Shown: in pieces, positions 56,069 through 64,000 of the stretch
Layout of the letters: the number at the start of each line of letters is the position of its first letter
Position numbering within the stretch: the stretch's first letter is position 1
IMG/VR virus record: IMGVR_UViG_3300043410_000565
Location: 92,236-156,235 of that record
Reading direction: 5' to 3' (one strand)
DNA from: a virus
Taxonomy: Duplodnaviria; Heunggongvirae; Uroviricota; Caudoviricetes
Length of the DNA stretch: 64,000 bases
Program-made: the position numbers and the translations under genes
Notes under the pieces: generated by a model
Seen by the model: the letters and a program-made list of their open reading frames with translations, nothing else
What the model was told of the DNA's origin: nothing
The model's database searches: none

Positions 56069-57244
56069 ATGCTAAACTTCCTAGACTTCCTTAAAGAATC
56101 AGCCGACGATGGCGCTAAACTAAAGCACATCCACCACGCTGAAGATCGCCCATTCCTACACGGTTCAGAGGGTTTCGAACACGCTGAAGGTGCGCTAAAG
56201 CAAGCCCATGACGATATGAAGTCTGGTCACACTAGCAATAACCTTACAGAGAAGTTCGACGGTTCTCCATCTATCGTATTTGGCCACCACCCTACCACTA
56301 AGAAGTTCTTCGTTGCTTCTAAGTCGGCGTTCAACAAGAACCCTAAAATCAATTACACACCTGAAGATATTGACAAGAACCACGGGCATGCTCCTGGTCT
56401 AGCGTCTAAGCTAAAAGACTCTTTGGCTAATCTTAAAAAGGTTGCACCAAAGAAAGGTGTTTACCAAGGCGACTTGATGCATACTTCTGAAGACCATCAG
56501 GTTCATCCAGATGGTTCTGTATCGTTTACTCCAAACACTATCACGTATACAGCCCACGGTAAAGAAGCGGAGAAGGTTAAGCGTTCAAAGGTTGGTGTTG
56601 TGGTTCATACAAAATATGAAGGCAAGTCTTTAGATGATATGAAGGCTACCCCAAATGTAAGCGATGAAGAGTTTAAGCAACACCCAGACGTTCACCTTCA
56701 TACTGCTAACTTCGACACGAAGAAGGTAAACTATCCACCAGAAGCTCAGAAGAAGTTTGAAGAACACATGCACAAAGCACGTGATATTCATATGAAGAAC
56801 CCAGATATGTACAAACATATCGCACGTCACGGTGGCGACGGTGGCCATCTAGCAACTTATATCAACCAAACAGTTCGTGACGGTTCTAAACCAAATACAG
56901 AAGACTTTAAGAAGCACGTAATGGATAAGTACCAGAAGATGGCTGATAAGGTTAAGACTGATAAATCTAAAGAAGAAAAGATTGGTCAAGGTGAAGGTCA
57001 ATTAGCTCATATCGACGCTCACAAAGAGCACTATGATGCAGCGTTTAAAATGCACCAGCACCTACAATCTGCTAAAAATACATTAGTCAACTCGCTTGAA
57101 TCTTCTAAGGGTGGTTACGATTATCACATTAACGGTGAAGAATCTAAACCAGAAGGCTATGTTGTTAATCACAAAGGCGAACCAACTAAGTTAGTAAACC
57201 GTGCTGAGTTTGCTCGTCAGAACTTATTAAAGGTGCGCAAGTAA
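56069..57244 (+). CDS. RNA ligase 1-like (RnlA family) nucleotidyltransferase, His-rich
   Basis: Motif I LTEKFDGSP (T4 Rnl1 LTKEDGSL), motif IV KPEGYVVNHKG (T4 Rnl1 EGYVAVMKDG) and a lysine-rich motif V. Confidence 0.6.
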   Translation: MLNFLDFLKESADDGAKLKHIHHAEDRPFLHGSEGFEHAEGALKQAHDDMKSGHTSNNLTEKFDGSPSIVFGHHPTTKKFFVASKSAFNKNPKINYTPEDIDKNHGHAPGLASKLKDSLANLKKVAPKKGVYQGDLMHTSEDHQVHPDGSVSFTPNTITYTAHGKEAEKVKRSKVGVVVHTKYEGKSLDDMKATPNVSDEEFKQHPDVHLHTANFDTKKVNYPPEAQKKFEEHMHKARDIHMKNPDMYKHIARHGGDGGHLATYINQTVRDGSKPNTEDFKKHVMDKYQKMADKVKTDKSKEEKIGQGEGQLAHIDAHKEHYDAAFKMHQHLQSAKNTLVNSLESSKGGYDYHINGEESKPEGYVVNHKGEPTKLVNRAEFARQNLLKVRK

Positions 57245-57855
57245 TGTTTAACTTTACAAATTACTTAAGAGAACAAGCTAACCAACGTCATGGTGTTTTG
57301 GCGTTTGGTCGTATGAACCCTCCAACTGTTGGTCATGAGAAGCTAGTTGATAAAGTTCACCAGATCGCAGATAAGCATGACGCTATTCACGCTGTTGTTC
57401 TTTCTCATAGCCAAGACGCTAAGAAGAACCCATTAGATGTAGCCACTAAAGTTAAGCACGCTAAGAAAGCATTCCCAAATACTAATATCGTTGGTGCCTC
57501 TAAAGAGCAGCCAACTATTATGCATCACGCTTCAGCTATGTACGCTGCTGGTGCTCGTCACCTTCACGTTGTAGCTGGTTCTGATCGTGAAGAAGAATAC
57601 AAGAAACTACTGAGCACATATAATGGTAAAGAAGGAAAGCACGGTTACTATAACTTCAAGTCTATCACTATTCATTCTGCAGGTCATCGTGACCCAGACG
57701 CTGAAGGTGCTGAAGGTATGTCTGCTTCGAAGATGAGAGAACATGCTGCCGCTGGTAATCAGAAAGAGTTTCATTCTGGTCTACCCAGCCATATGTCTGA
57801 GAAAGATAAAGCTGCTGTTTATCACGACGTCAGAAAAGGTATGGGTCACGAATGA
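57244..57855 (+). CDS. NMNAT-like / cytidylyltransferase-fold nucleotidyltransferase
   Basis: HxGH motif FGRMNPPTVGHEKLV. 203 aa. Paralogous to the N-terminus of the 59321 gene. Confidence 0.6.
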   Translation: MFNFTNYLREQANQRHGVLAFGRMNPPTVGHEKLVDKVHQIADKHDAIHAVVLSHSQDAKKNPLDVATKVKHAKKAFPNTNIVGASKEQPTIMHHASAMYAAGARHLHVVAGSDREEEYKKLLSTYNGKEGKHGYYNFKSITIHSAGHRDPDAEGAEGMSASKMREHAAAGNQKEFHSGLPSHMSEKDKAAVYHDVRKGMGHE

Positions 57856-58013
57856 AATCGTTTAAAGAGTTCGTAAAAGAACATATCGAAAAAGTCAAGG
57901 GTGGTTATGAAGTTGAGAGTGAACACGGTAATAAGAATCTAGGTAAGTCACCTACAAAGGCAGGGGCTTTGAAACGTCTTCGCCAAATCGAATACTTCAA
58001 GCATAAAGGATAA
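57852..58013 (+). CDS. Small Lys-rich ORF (53 aa) not in the ORF track
   Basis: ATGA overlap with the upstream gene. Sequence MKSFKEFVKEHIEKVKGGYEVESEHGNKN... Confidence 0.35.
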   Translation: MKSFKEFVKEHIEKVKGGYEVESEHGNKNLGKSPTKAGALKRLRQIEYFKHKG

Positions 58014-58016
58014 CCC

Positions 58017-59282
58017 ATGTCACAAGAACAAGACTATTTCGTAAATGTAGTAAATAGTGTACCTACTCAGTACGCAGACTCAGCACAATTAACTTCATTC
58101 TCTAGACTTCGCACTGCAGAATCTCGTCTACTTGGCGATTACCGTTACATGTACGGTTCTGGCACAAGTATTATGATGAATGATCTATTGGCCAATGGTG
58201 GAACATTAACTCCAGAGTTTGATAAGTGTCAAGTCCTTGCGTCTGTCACTGCTGCTTCTGGTAGTAAAGCTGTACGACAAACTAAAAAGTATCACCCATA
58301 CACTTCTGGTACATCAACCATGAGCTTCATGACTTTCTGCATGAATCCAGCTAAAGCTAATTTGGTTCAATCAGTGGGTTGTTTTGATGAGTTGAACGGT
58401 ATTTTCTTTAGAATGAATGGCACAACTCCTGAGATTGTTATCCGTAAAGGTGGCGTTGATAATGAAGTTATCCCTCAATCTCAATGGAATCAAGATACTT
58501 TAACTGAACTTGACTTCAGCAAGGTTTTGATTCTTACTATGGACTATCAGTGGCTCGGTGTTGGTCGTGTTCGTGTTGGTTTCGTTCACGATGGCGTTGT
58601 ACGTTACGCTCATTACTTCTCGCACGACAACCTTACAACTGAAGTTTATATGTACCAACCGAGTTTACCATTCCGTTGGGAAATTTATAATACTGCAGCT
58701 ACATCTGGCTCAAGTACGCTGAAGATAATCTGCGCATCAGTATTCGTTGAAGGTACTTTCTCTCCGAACAGCTACACTAAGTCAGTCAGCACTGGCCAGT
58801 CAGCAGTGGCTGTTTCAAACGCTCAAGGTACAACTGGCGTTGCTGTTTTGGCTGTTCGCTTAATGAATAGTCTACAGGGTAAGCAAAATAGATCTCATGA
58901 TATGCTAAAGGCAATGTCTTTATTTGCCACTAACGATGCACACTACAAGTTAGTTGTATTGCAAGACACAAGTAAATTCTTGTCTGCACCTACTTGGACT
59001 GCAGTCCCAGGATATGGTTGGAGTGAATATGCTACTGGTATAAACATGGCTTCTGGTTGGGCTACAGATAATAATTTCGTTGTATTAAAGGACGGTTTTA
59101 TCACAGGTTCAGGTAGTGGTATTGGCGCTACGCCAACTGTTTCACTTGATGATAATACCCTGAACTCAATCTTCCAAAACTATGATAGTACAGGTAGTCA
59201 AATCTTCGCAGTTATTGTAGATCGCCTTGGAACAAACAATACTGATATTAGAGCTAGTTTAGATTGGCTGGAAGTTAAATAA
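58017..59282 (+). CDS. Hypothetical beta-rich protein (421 aa)
   Basis: ORF with Ser/Thr/Gly-rich composition. No clear catalytic motif. Confidence 0.5.
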   Translation: MSQEQDYFVNVVNSVPTQYADSAQLTSFSRLRTAESRLLGDYRYMYGSGTSIMMNDLLANGGTLTPEFDKCQVLASVTAASGSKAVRQTKKYHPYTSGTSTMSFMTFCMNPAKANLVQSVGCFDELNGIFFRMNGTTPEIVIRKGGVDNEVIPQSQWNQDTLTELDFSKVLILTMDYQWLGVGRVRVGFVHDGVVRYAHYFSHDNLTTEVYMYQPSLPFRWEIYNTAATSGSSTLKIICASVFVEGTFSPNSYTKSVSTGQSAVAVSNAQGTTGVAVLAVRLMNSLQGKQNRSHDMLKAMSLFATNDAHYKLVVLQDTSKFLSAPTWTAVPGYGWSEYATGINMASGWATDNNFVVLKDGFITGSGSGIGATPTVSLDDNTLNSIFQNYDSTGSQIFAVIVDRLGTNNTDIRASLDWLEVK

Positions 59283-59320
59283 AGCTAAATAATACTGTTA
59301 CTATTATACTGATGGATTAA

Positions 59321-61567
59321 ATGAAGAACTATAAAGAACTACTAAGCGAACTGCCATCCAAGACCGTTGTTTTTACATGCGGTAAATTCAATCCCCCGAA
59401 CGTGGGTCATGAACTTGAGATCAAGGTAGTCCGTAAGTTAGCGAGTCAGCGCAAAGCTGATCACTTCATTTTTGTATCCTCGATACAAGACGCTAAAAAG
59501 AATCCATTAGAAATTAGTAAAAAGATGCAGTATTTGGGAAGCCTATTTCCAAATACAAAATTCGTACATAAAGAGATAGATGCTATCGGCACTATCCTTA
59601 AGAAGTACAAAAGTGTCACTTTAGTTACTCCAGCTGATAGTGTGGAATACTATAAGAAGGCACTGAAGAAAGTTGGTATTACTGACGTTGAGATTGTTAA
59701 GGCTGGCGATACTTGCCCCGACGAAGATGATAAGCTAGTGAAGCTGGCATCTAAGGGTGACTATACATCGTTCAAGAATAATCTACCAACGACAGTTAGA
59801 GATTTAGACGGTAAGCGTCTAATGAATGATATTAGAATTGGTATGAACCTTGATCCGATCAAGGAACAAATTAATCTAGTTAAAGACGATCTACGTGAAC
59901 AGTATTTCCGTGGTGAACTTTTTAACGAAGGTGATATCGTCGAAAGCGATAACACCGTTTATAAAATTATCAAACGTGGCTCTAATCATTTGCTGTTACA
60001 GAATGAGTCTGGTTTAAAAGTGAGTAAGTGGATTCAAGACGTACAATTAACAGAAAGAGAATTTATGTTAGACGAAAAATTAATTCAAGAAGCTGATGCA
60101 GCAGTTGCAACTGGGTTAGCTGGTGGCAACAAAGAAGCTAAGAAGGCTCAAGCTGATACAGCTAAGATGAAACTTGCTCTTGATCAAGCCAAAGAAAAAG
60201 AAGACCTAGCCAAGCAACAAGAGCGTGAGCGCACTAATCTTAAGAACATGGCTGAAGGTGCAGATTCTCCTGTTGTTGATACTTCCAAGAAGTATAACAT
60301 CGCTAAATCTATCATGAGCCTAAGTGACTTCCGCAAGTCAACTGGTCAAATGACTAAAGATGAAACTGAAATTGCAGACAAAGTAAAAGACGGTCTAGTT
60401 GGTAACGCACATATGGGTGATAACCACGGTCTACGCCATATGAAGGTTAAGCACCATCTTGGTGAAGCCAGTGCTGCAGCAAAGCTACAAAAAGCGTTTC
60501 AACGTGAACAAGATAAGATTGCTTCTGAACGTAAAGCTGGTGAACAATTATTAAACCCAAAACCAACAGTTCCAACTAAGCCAGTTGCTGAAGGTAACGG
60601 TTACGATGATAACCGTACTGGTTTCGCTAAGAAGCCTCGTGAAGACGACGAGTACCATAACGAACCAAAACCAAAGTTCAAAGCTAGATCTACTATGGAT
60701 CGCCCACATACTGTCCACATTGATGGTAAGCCATGGAAGAGATTCGACAACGGTCACCAAGCCCACGCTGCTGCAAAAACTCTACAAGCTAAAGGCAAAA
60801 AGGCAACTGCTATCGCTCACTTCAAAGAAGAAACTGATGAGCAACAAGCCACACGTAACGCTCAACTAAAGCGTTTCAAAGACCAAGCTAAAGATTCTAA
60901 ACTAACTGAAGCTCAATACGCTGGTTTAGAAAAAGAAAGCAAGCCAGGAAAGGTTAAGACTGCTATCGTTAAGACTCACCCTAAAGCTGTAGAGTCTGAA
61001 ACTGTAGAAGGTTGGGAAGACGAAAAGAAGCCAGTCAAAGAAGAATTCGACGAGATCAATGATGACGAGTTTTTCCAACAAGTACAAGCCGACATGGATG
61101 CTTTAACTGAAGAAGATTTCTACGAAGCGTATGATGATGAAGAACTTGCAATCATTGACGAAGATACTGGCGAAGAAATCGAAGCTGTAGACTCTGTAAC
61201 TGAAGAGGCTTTGATGGAAGTTCTATCTCGCATCGAACGTATCCGTGCAAAGGCTCGTATGCGTCGTAGCCAAACTAAACGTCAACGCAGAGAGAAAGTT
61301 GCTCTACGTCAACTATCAACTCCTCAAGTAGCAAACAAGAGAGCTCGCCGCATGGCTATCTCTGCTATGAAGAAACGTCTACTGAAGGGTCGTAACCCGC
61401 AGAAAGTTTCTGTTGGCGAAAAGGAACGTGTAGAACGTTTCATCGCTCAACGAAGAAAAGTTGTTGACCGTCTATCAGCTCGTATGGTTTCTCGTGTTAA
61501 GCAAGTTGAAAAGGCACGCATGTCTCACAAGAAATTCACTAAACCTAATAATGGAGTAGCATTTTGA
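59321..61567 (+). CDS. Large protein with an N-terminal NMNAT-like nucleotidyltransferase domain and a roughly 500-aa highly charged disordered C-terminus
   Basis: HxGH motif CGKFNPPNVGHELEI, then low-complexity K/E/A/R-rich sequence ending in a basic RRSQTKRQRR segment. Confidence 0.6.
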   Translation: MKNYKELLSELPSKTVVFTCGKFNPPNVGHELEIKVVRKLASQRKADHFIFVSSIQDAKKNPLEISKKMQYLGSLFPNTKFVHKEIDAIGTILKKYKSVTLVTPADSVEYYKKALKKVGITDVEIVKAGDTCPDEDDKLVKLASKGDYTSFKNNLPTTVRDLDGKRLMNDIRIGMNLDPIKEQINLVKDDLREQYFRGELFNEGDIVESDNTVYKIIKRGSNHLLLQNESGLKVSKWIQDVQLTEREFMLDEKLIQEADAAVATGLAGGNKEAKKAQADTAKMKLALDQAKEKEDLAKQQERERTNLKNMAEGADSPVVDTSKKYNIAKSIMSLSDFRKSTGQMTKDETEIADKVKDGLVGNAHMGDNHGLRHMKVKHHLGEASAAAKLQKAFQREQDKIASERKAGEQLLNPKPTVPTKPVAEGNGYDDNRTGFAKKPREDDEYHNEPKPKFKARSTMDRPHTVHIDGKPWKRFDNGHQAHAAAKTLQAKGKKATAIAHFKEETDEQQATRNAQLKRFKDQAKDSKLTEAQYAGLEKESKPGKVKTAIVKTHPKAVESETVEGWEDEKKPVKEEFDEINDDEFFQQVQADMDALTEEDFYEAYDDEELAIIDEDTGEEIEAVDSVTEEALMEVLSRIERIRAKARMRRSQTKRQRREKVALRQLSTPQVANKRARRMAISAMKKRLLKGRNPQKVSVGEKERVERFIAQRRKVVDRLSARMVSRVKQVEKARMSHKKFTKPNNGVAF

Positions 61568-62007
61568 TGGAAGAACTAACAGCCTCTTTACATATTGCTC
61601 TTGCTAATACATTCGTTATGTATTTCAAGGCTCACTCTTACCACTGGAATATTGAAGGGAAAGACTTCCCTCAATACCATGGTTTCCTAGATGAACTGTA
61701 TAACGATCTACACGATGCTGTAGATCCCACTGCAGAACGTATTCGTGTTATCGGTCAATATTCTCCACATAGTCTGAAAGACCTTCTAGAGTCTGCAACT
61801 ATTGAGGAAGACGAAGATAAACCAGATACTCCAGAAGCTATGTTTACAAACCTTTTAGATGCAAACTCTAAAGTGATTGATAGCCTAAATAAAGTATTCG
61901 AGTTAGCTACGTCAGCTAAGAAGCAAGGTATTGCAGATTTCGCAGCTGGTCGTTTAGACGCTCATGATAAACACGGTTGGTTCTTAAAATCAATCTTAAA
62001 GGGTTAA
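61567..62007 (+). CDS. Dps / ferritin-like DNA-binding protein
   Basis: LHIALANTFVMYFKAHSYHWNIEGKDFPQYHGFLDELY matches the Dps ferroxidase-centre signature. TGATG junction. Confidence 0.75.
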   Translation: MEELTASLHIALANTFVMYFKAHSYHWNIEGKDFPQYHGFLDELYNDLHDAVDPTAERIRVIGQYSPHSLKDLLESATIEEDEDKPDTPEAMFTNLLDANSKVIDSLNKVFELATSAKKQGIADFAAGRLDAHDKHGWFLKSILKG

Positions 62008-62008
62008 A

Positions 62009-62899
62009 ATGTCATTAAAAGAAGATACAGTTTCTGCCGATCGTAAAGAACGTATTATTTTCGATCCAGAAGCATGGAAGAGTAAAGATAAATCTGGTCG
62101 TAAGACTTCAGCTATCACTTCCCGTCAAAACTTTGACAATGAGAAATTTACTCGTAATGAAAAAGAAAAAGTTGACGAAGGAACTATCCAACCAAGTGGT
62201 GATTCTAAAGTAGACTCAGCTGGTCCAACTCAGTCTGATACTATCGCAGATACTAAACCAAAGAAATCAAACAACCCGCAGATTGAGTTCGTTTCTGGAA
62301 CTGCTCAACCTAACGGTTCATCAAGTACTGCTACTGGTAATGCACAAGGTGTAGCTACTGGTAGAAAAATTGCGGAGGCTATTGTGAAAAAAGCACTAAC
62401 ACAGGTTAAGGCAGACAAAAATGTCGGAACAGAAGAAATCCCATTCGACGGACCATATACTAAATCTCCTGATACTGTGGTTGATAAGTCTGGTGCTAAG
62501 CATACTCCTATGTCACGTGTTCGCAATTTGGCAAGACAAGCAATGAAAAAACAAACTAATGAGAGCTGTGATACTGAAAAGGATCACAAAAAGAAACCTG
62601 TTAAAAAAGAGGAGACAGATATGTCTGAAAAACTAACATACGCTCAATTCGTTGAGCAACTACTAGAATATACACCTGGTCCTGGCGGCAGAACTGTTGT
62701 TAAGGGTCGTTCATACGGTGCTAATTATGATGCAGGTGAAGATGAAGATAAACCAGCAAAGCCAGCTGCTGACGCTCCAAAGCGTGGTCGTGGTCGCCCA
62801 GCAGGTTCTAAGTCTGGTGCAAACCAAAAAGTAACAACAGGTAAGTCTTACGGTGGTATTGCTACTCACTCTTTGAACCTACCAAACTCTAACAGATAA
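62009..62899 (+). CDS. Basic protein with a C-terminal AT-hook (PKRGRGRPAGSK)
   Basis: GRP AT-hook core. Lys-rich and largely low-complexity. Confidence 0.5.
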   Translation: MSLKEDTVSADRKERIIFDPEAWKSKDKSGRKTSAITSRQNFDNEKFTRNEKEKVDEGTIQPSGDSKVDSAGPTQSDTIADTKPKKSNNPQIEFVSGTAQPNGSSSTATGNAQGVATGRKIAEAIVKKALTQVKADKNVGTEEIPFDGPYTKSPDTVVDKSGAKHTPMSRVRNLARQAMKKQTNESCDTEKDHKKKPVKKEETDMSEKLTYAQFVEQLLEYTPGPGGRTVVKGRSYGANYDAGEDEDKPAKPAADAPKRGRGRPAGSKSGANQKVTTGKSYGGIATHSLNLPNSNR

Positions 62900-62913
62900 T
62901 CAAGGAGAAAAAT

Positions 62914-63495
62914 ATGTCACTATGGACAATGACTGACGAAGAAGCTGGTAAGCCAAAGTATCTAAGCGATACTCTACGCAATGACCAATCTGTTTCTGAC
63001 CTAGACGCAACTTTTGGTGTTGCTGCTACTGAAGAAGCTGTAACTGCTAACAAGGCAAAAGGTGTTCAGCACCCAGGATGGGTAACTGTACGCACTTACA
63101 CTGATGCACAAGGTAACACTCGCTACAAGTCTGAGACTTTAGTTGCAGCTGGTTCTATGACTAGCGATGCTTCTGACGACTCTACTGTTGCTGACCTAGC
63201 TATCACTATCGGTACTCAACCACAGAATGCTTCTGTAACTGCTCCTGCAGCTGCTACATTCTCTGTTGTTGCTACTATCAACTCTGCTCTACCACTAAGC
63301 TATCAGTGGCAGATTCAGCAAGAGGGTGCTGGCGCATGGGCTGATATCAGCGGTGCAACTTCTGCCTCTTACACAACTGGTGCAACAGCAACTGGTGATG
63401 CCGCTGGCGCAACTGACGGTGATAAGTACCGTGTTGTAGTGTCTGCAACTGGTGTAACTGCTACTTCTAACGCAGCTACCCTAACTGTAGCCTAA
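62914..63495 (+). CDS. Ig-like-domain protein, possibly a Hoc-like capsid decoration or adhesin
   Basis: The C-terminal roughly 100 aa show the Ig-like pattern SYQWQ...G..W.DISGATSASYT...DGDKYRVVVS...TSNAATLTV. Confidence 0.55.
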   Translation: MSLWTMTDEEAGKPKYLSDTLRNDQSVSDLDATFGVAATEEAVTANKAKGVQHPGWVTVRTYTDAQGNTRYKSETLVAAGSMTSDASDDSTVADLAITIGTQPQNASVTAPAAATFSVVATINSALPLSYQWQIQQEGAGAWADISGATSASYTTGATATGDAAGATDGDKYRVVVSATGVTATSNAATLTVA

Positions 63496-63512
63496 TAAAT
63501 AATCATGAAGTT

Positions 63513-63539
63513 GGGAGGGACTTGTTCCCTCCCGTTTTA
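63513..63539 (+). terminator. Rho-independent terminator (GGGAGGGA-CTTGT-TCCCTCCC-GTTTT)
   Basis: 8-bp GC stem followed by a T tract. Confidence 0.75.
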
Positions 63540-63550
63540 TGTGAGAAAGT

Positions 63551-63949
63551 ATGGTTGAAAAATTGAACGAGAATAACTTTTTACTCTTTGCTATGAATCA
63601 CTACGATAATCCGCAGTGTCATAGTTTAGAAGAGTTTGATGAGGATCTTAAAAAGTTTCTATATCTCAAAAAGCTATTAACTCGTTACAAGAAAGACGGT
63701 GATTTAAAAGATCGTTTGATCCTTAATCATATCATCGTGCTATATAATGTATTCGGACAAAATGCCACCCGCATGTTGTTTTACAAGGTGGATAAAGATT
63801 ATTGGGATGTGCTTGTAACGTTCTTACTTTATCTTGGTCATATGCCCGAAACAATACCAGAATACAACCTTATACTTTCTGACATAAAACTAGACGAAAA
63901 AGTTATTGCCGTCCTAAGGAACTTTACCAATGAATCAGCTTCTAGATAG
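63551..63949 (+). CDS. Hypothetical protein
   Basis: 132-aa ORF. Confidence 0.5.
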   Translation: MVEKLNENNFLLFAMNHYDNPQCHSLEEFDEDLKKFLYLKKLLTRYKKDGDLKDRLILNHIIVLYNVFGQNATRMLFYKVDKDYWDVLVTFLLYLGHMPETIPEYNLILSDIKLDEKVIAVLRNFTNESASR

Positions 63950-64000
63950 ACAATATGCTCTGCGTATCCTTAAACTGTTATCAACAGATTTCAAGGACAT
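63929..64000 (+). CDS. Start of a further gene, truncated at the window end
   Basis: ATG 63929 opens a frame (MNQLLDRQYALRILKLL...) that is still open at 64000. Confidence 0.3.

Noticed and set aside
1-64000. Prophage boundary, integrase, IS element or CRISPR array
   Set aside because: No recombinase or transposase motifs, no terminal inverted repeats and no repeat-spacer arrays were seen. The window is an internal segment of a lytic T4-like genome.

Overview
This 64 kb window is a contiguous piece of a T4-like (T4-superfamily myovirus) phage genome with about 40% GC. Every supportable gene is on the + strand, in tightly packed, often overlapping (ATGA/TAATG) operons. The gene order follows T4. 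A virion module runs neck gp13/14/15, large terminase, tail sheath, tail tube, portal, prohead core, protease gp21, scaffold gp22 and major capsid gp23. It is followed by UvsY, UvsW, late sigma factor gp55, gp47 and gp46. The replication block runs gp45, gp44, gp62, RegA, then an insertion of Hsp20 and small genes, then DNA ligase, a DexA-like exonuclease, DNA polymerase gp43, thioredoxin, UvsX and helicase gp41. Several accessory islands sit inside this backbone. (i) Two tandem paralogous cysteine/glycine-rich proteins, plus a GT9 glycosyltransferase, a carbamoyltransferase and a cupin, lie upstream of the neck genes. (ii) A CobT-like vWA protein, a CobS/MoxR-like AAA+ ATPase, a histone-H1-like protein, a small wHTH protein, a secreted Ser/Trp-repeat protein and a flotillin/SPFH protein each sit behind copies of a highly conserved ~45-bp sigma70-like early promoter. 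(iii) A 2OG-Fe(II) dioxygenase, a class-II glutamine amidotransferase, an amidoligase and a GNAT form a cluster that may hypermodify DNA bases. (iv) A distal island carries a GIY-YIG/ParB-like nuclease, P-loop kinases, a SprT-like protease, an Rnl1-like RNA ligase, two NMNAT-like nucleotidyltransferases, Dps, an AT-hook protein and an Ig-domain protein. T4-type late promoters (TATAAATA), five copies of the conserved early promoter and several clear intrinsic terminators are visible. I found no tRNA, no CRISPR array and no transposon. All functional calls come from motif-level reading of the translations and from remembered T4 protein sequences. None has been checked against a database.
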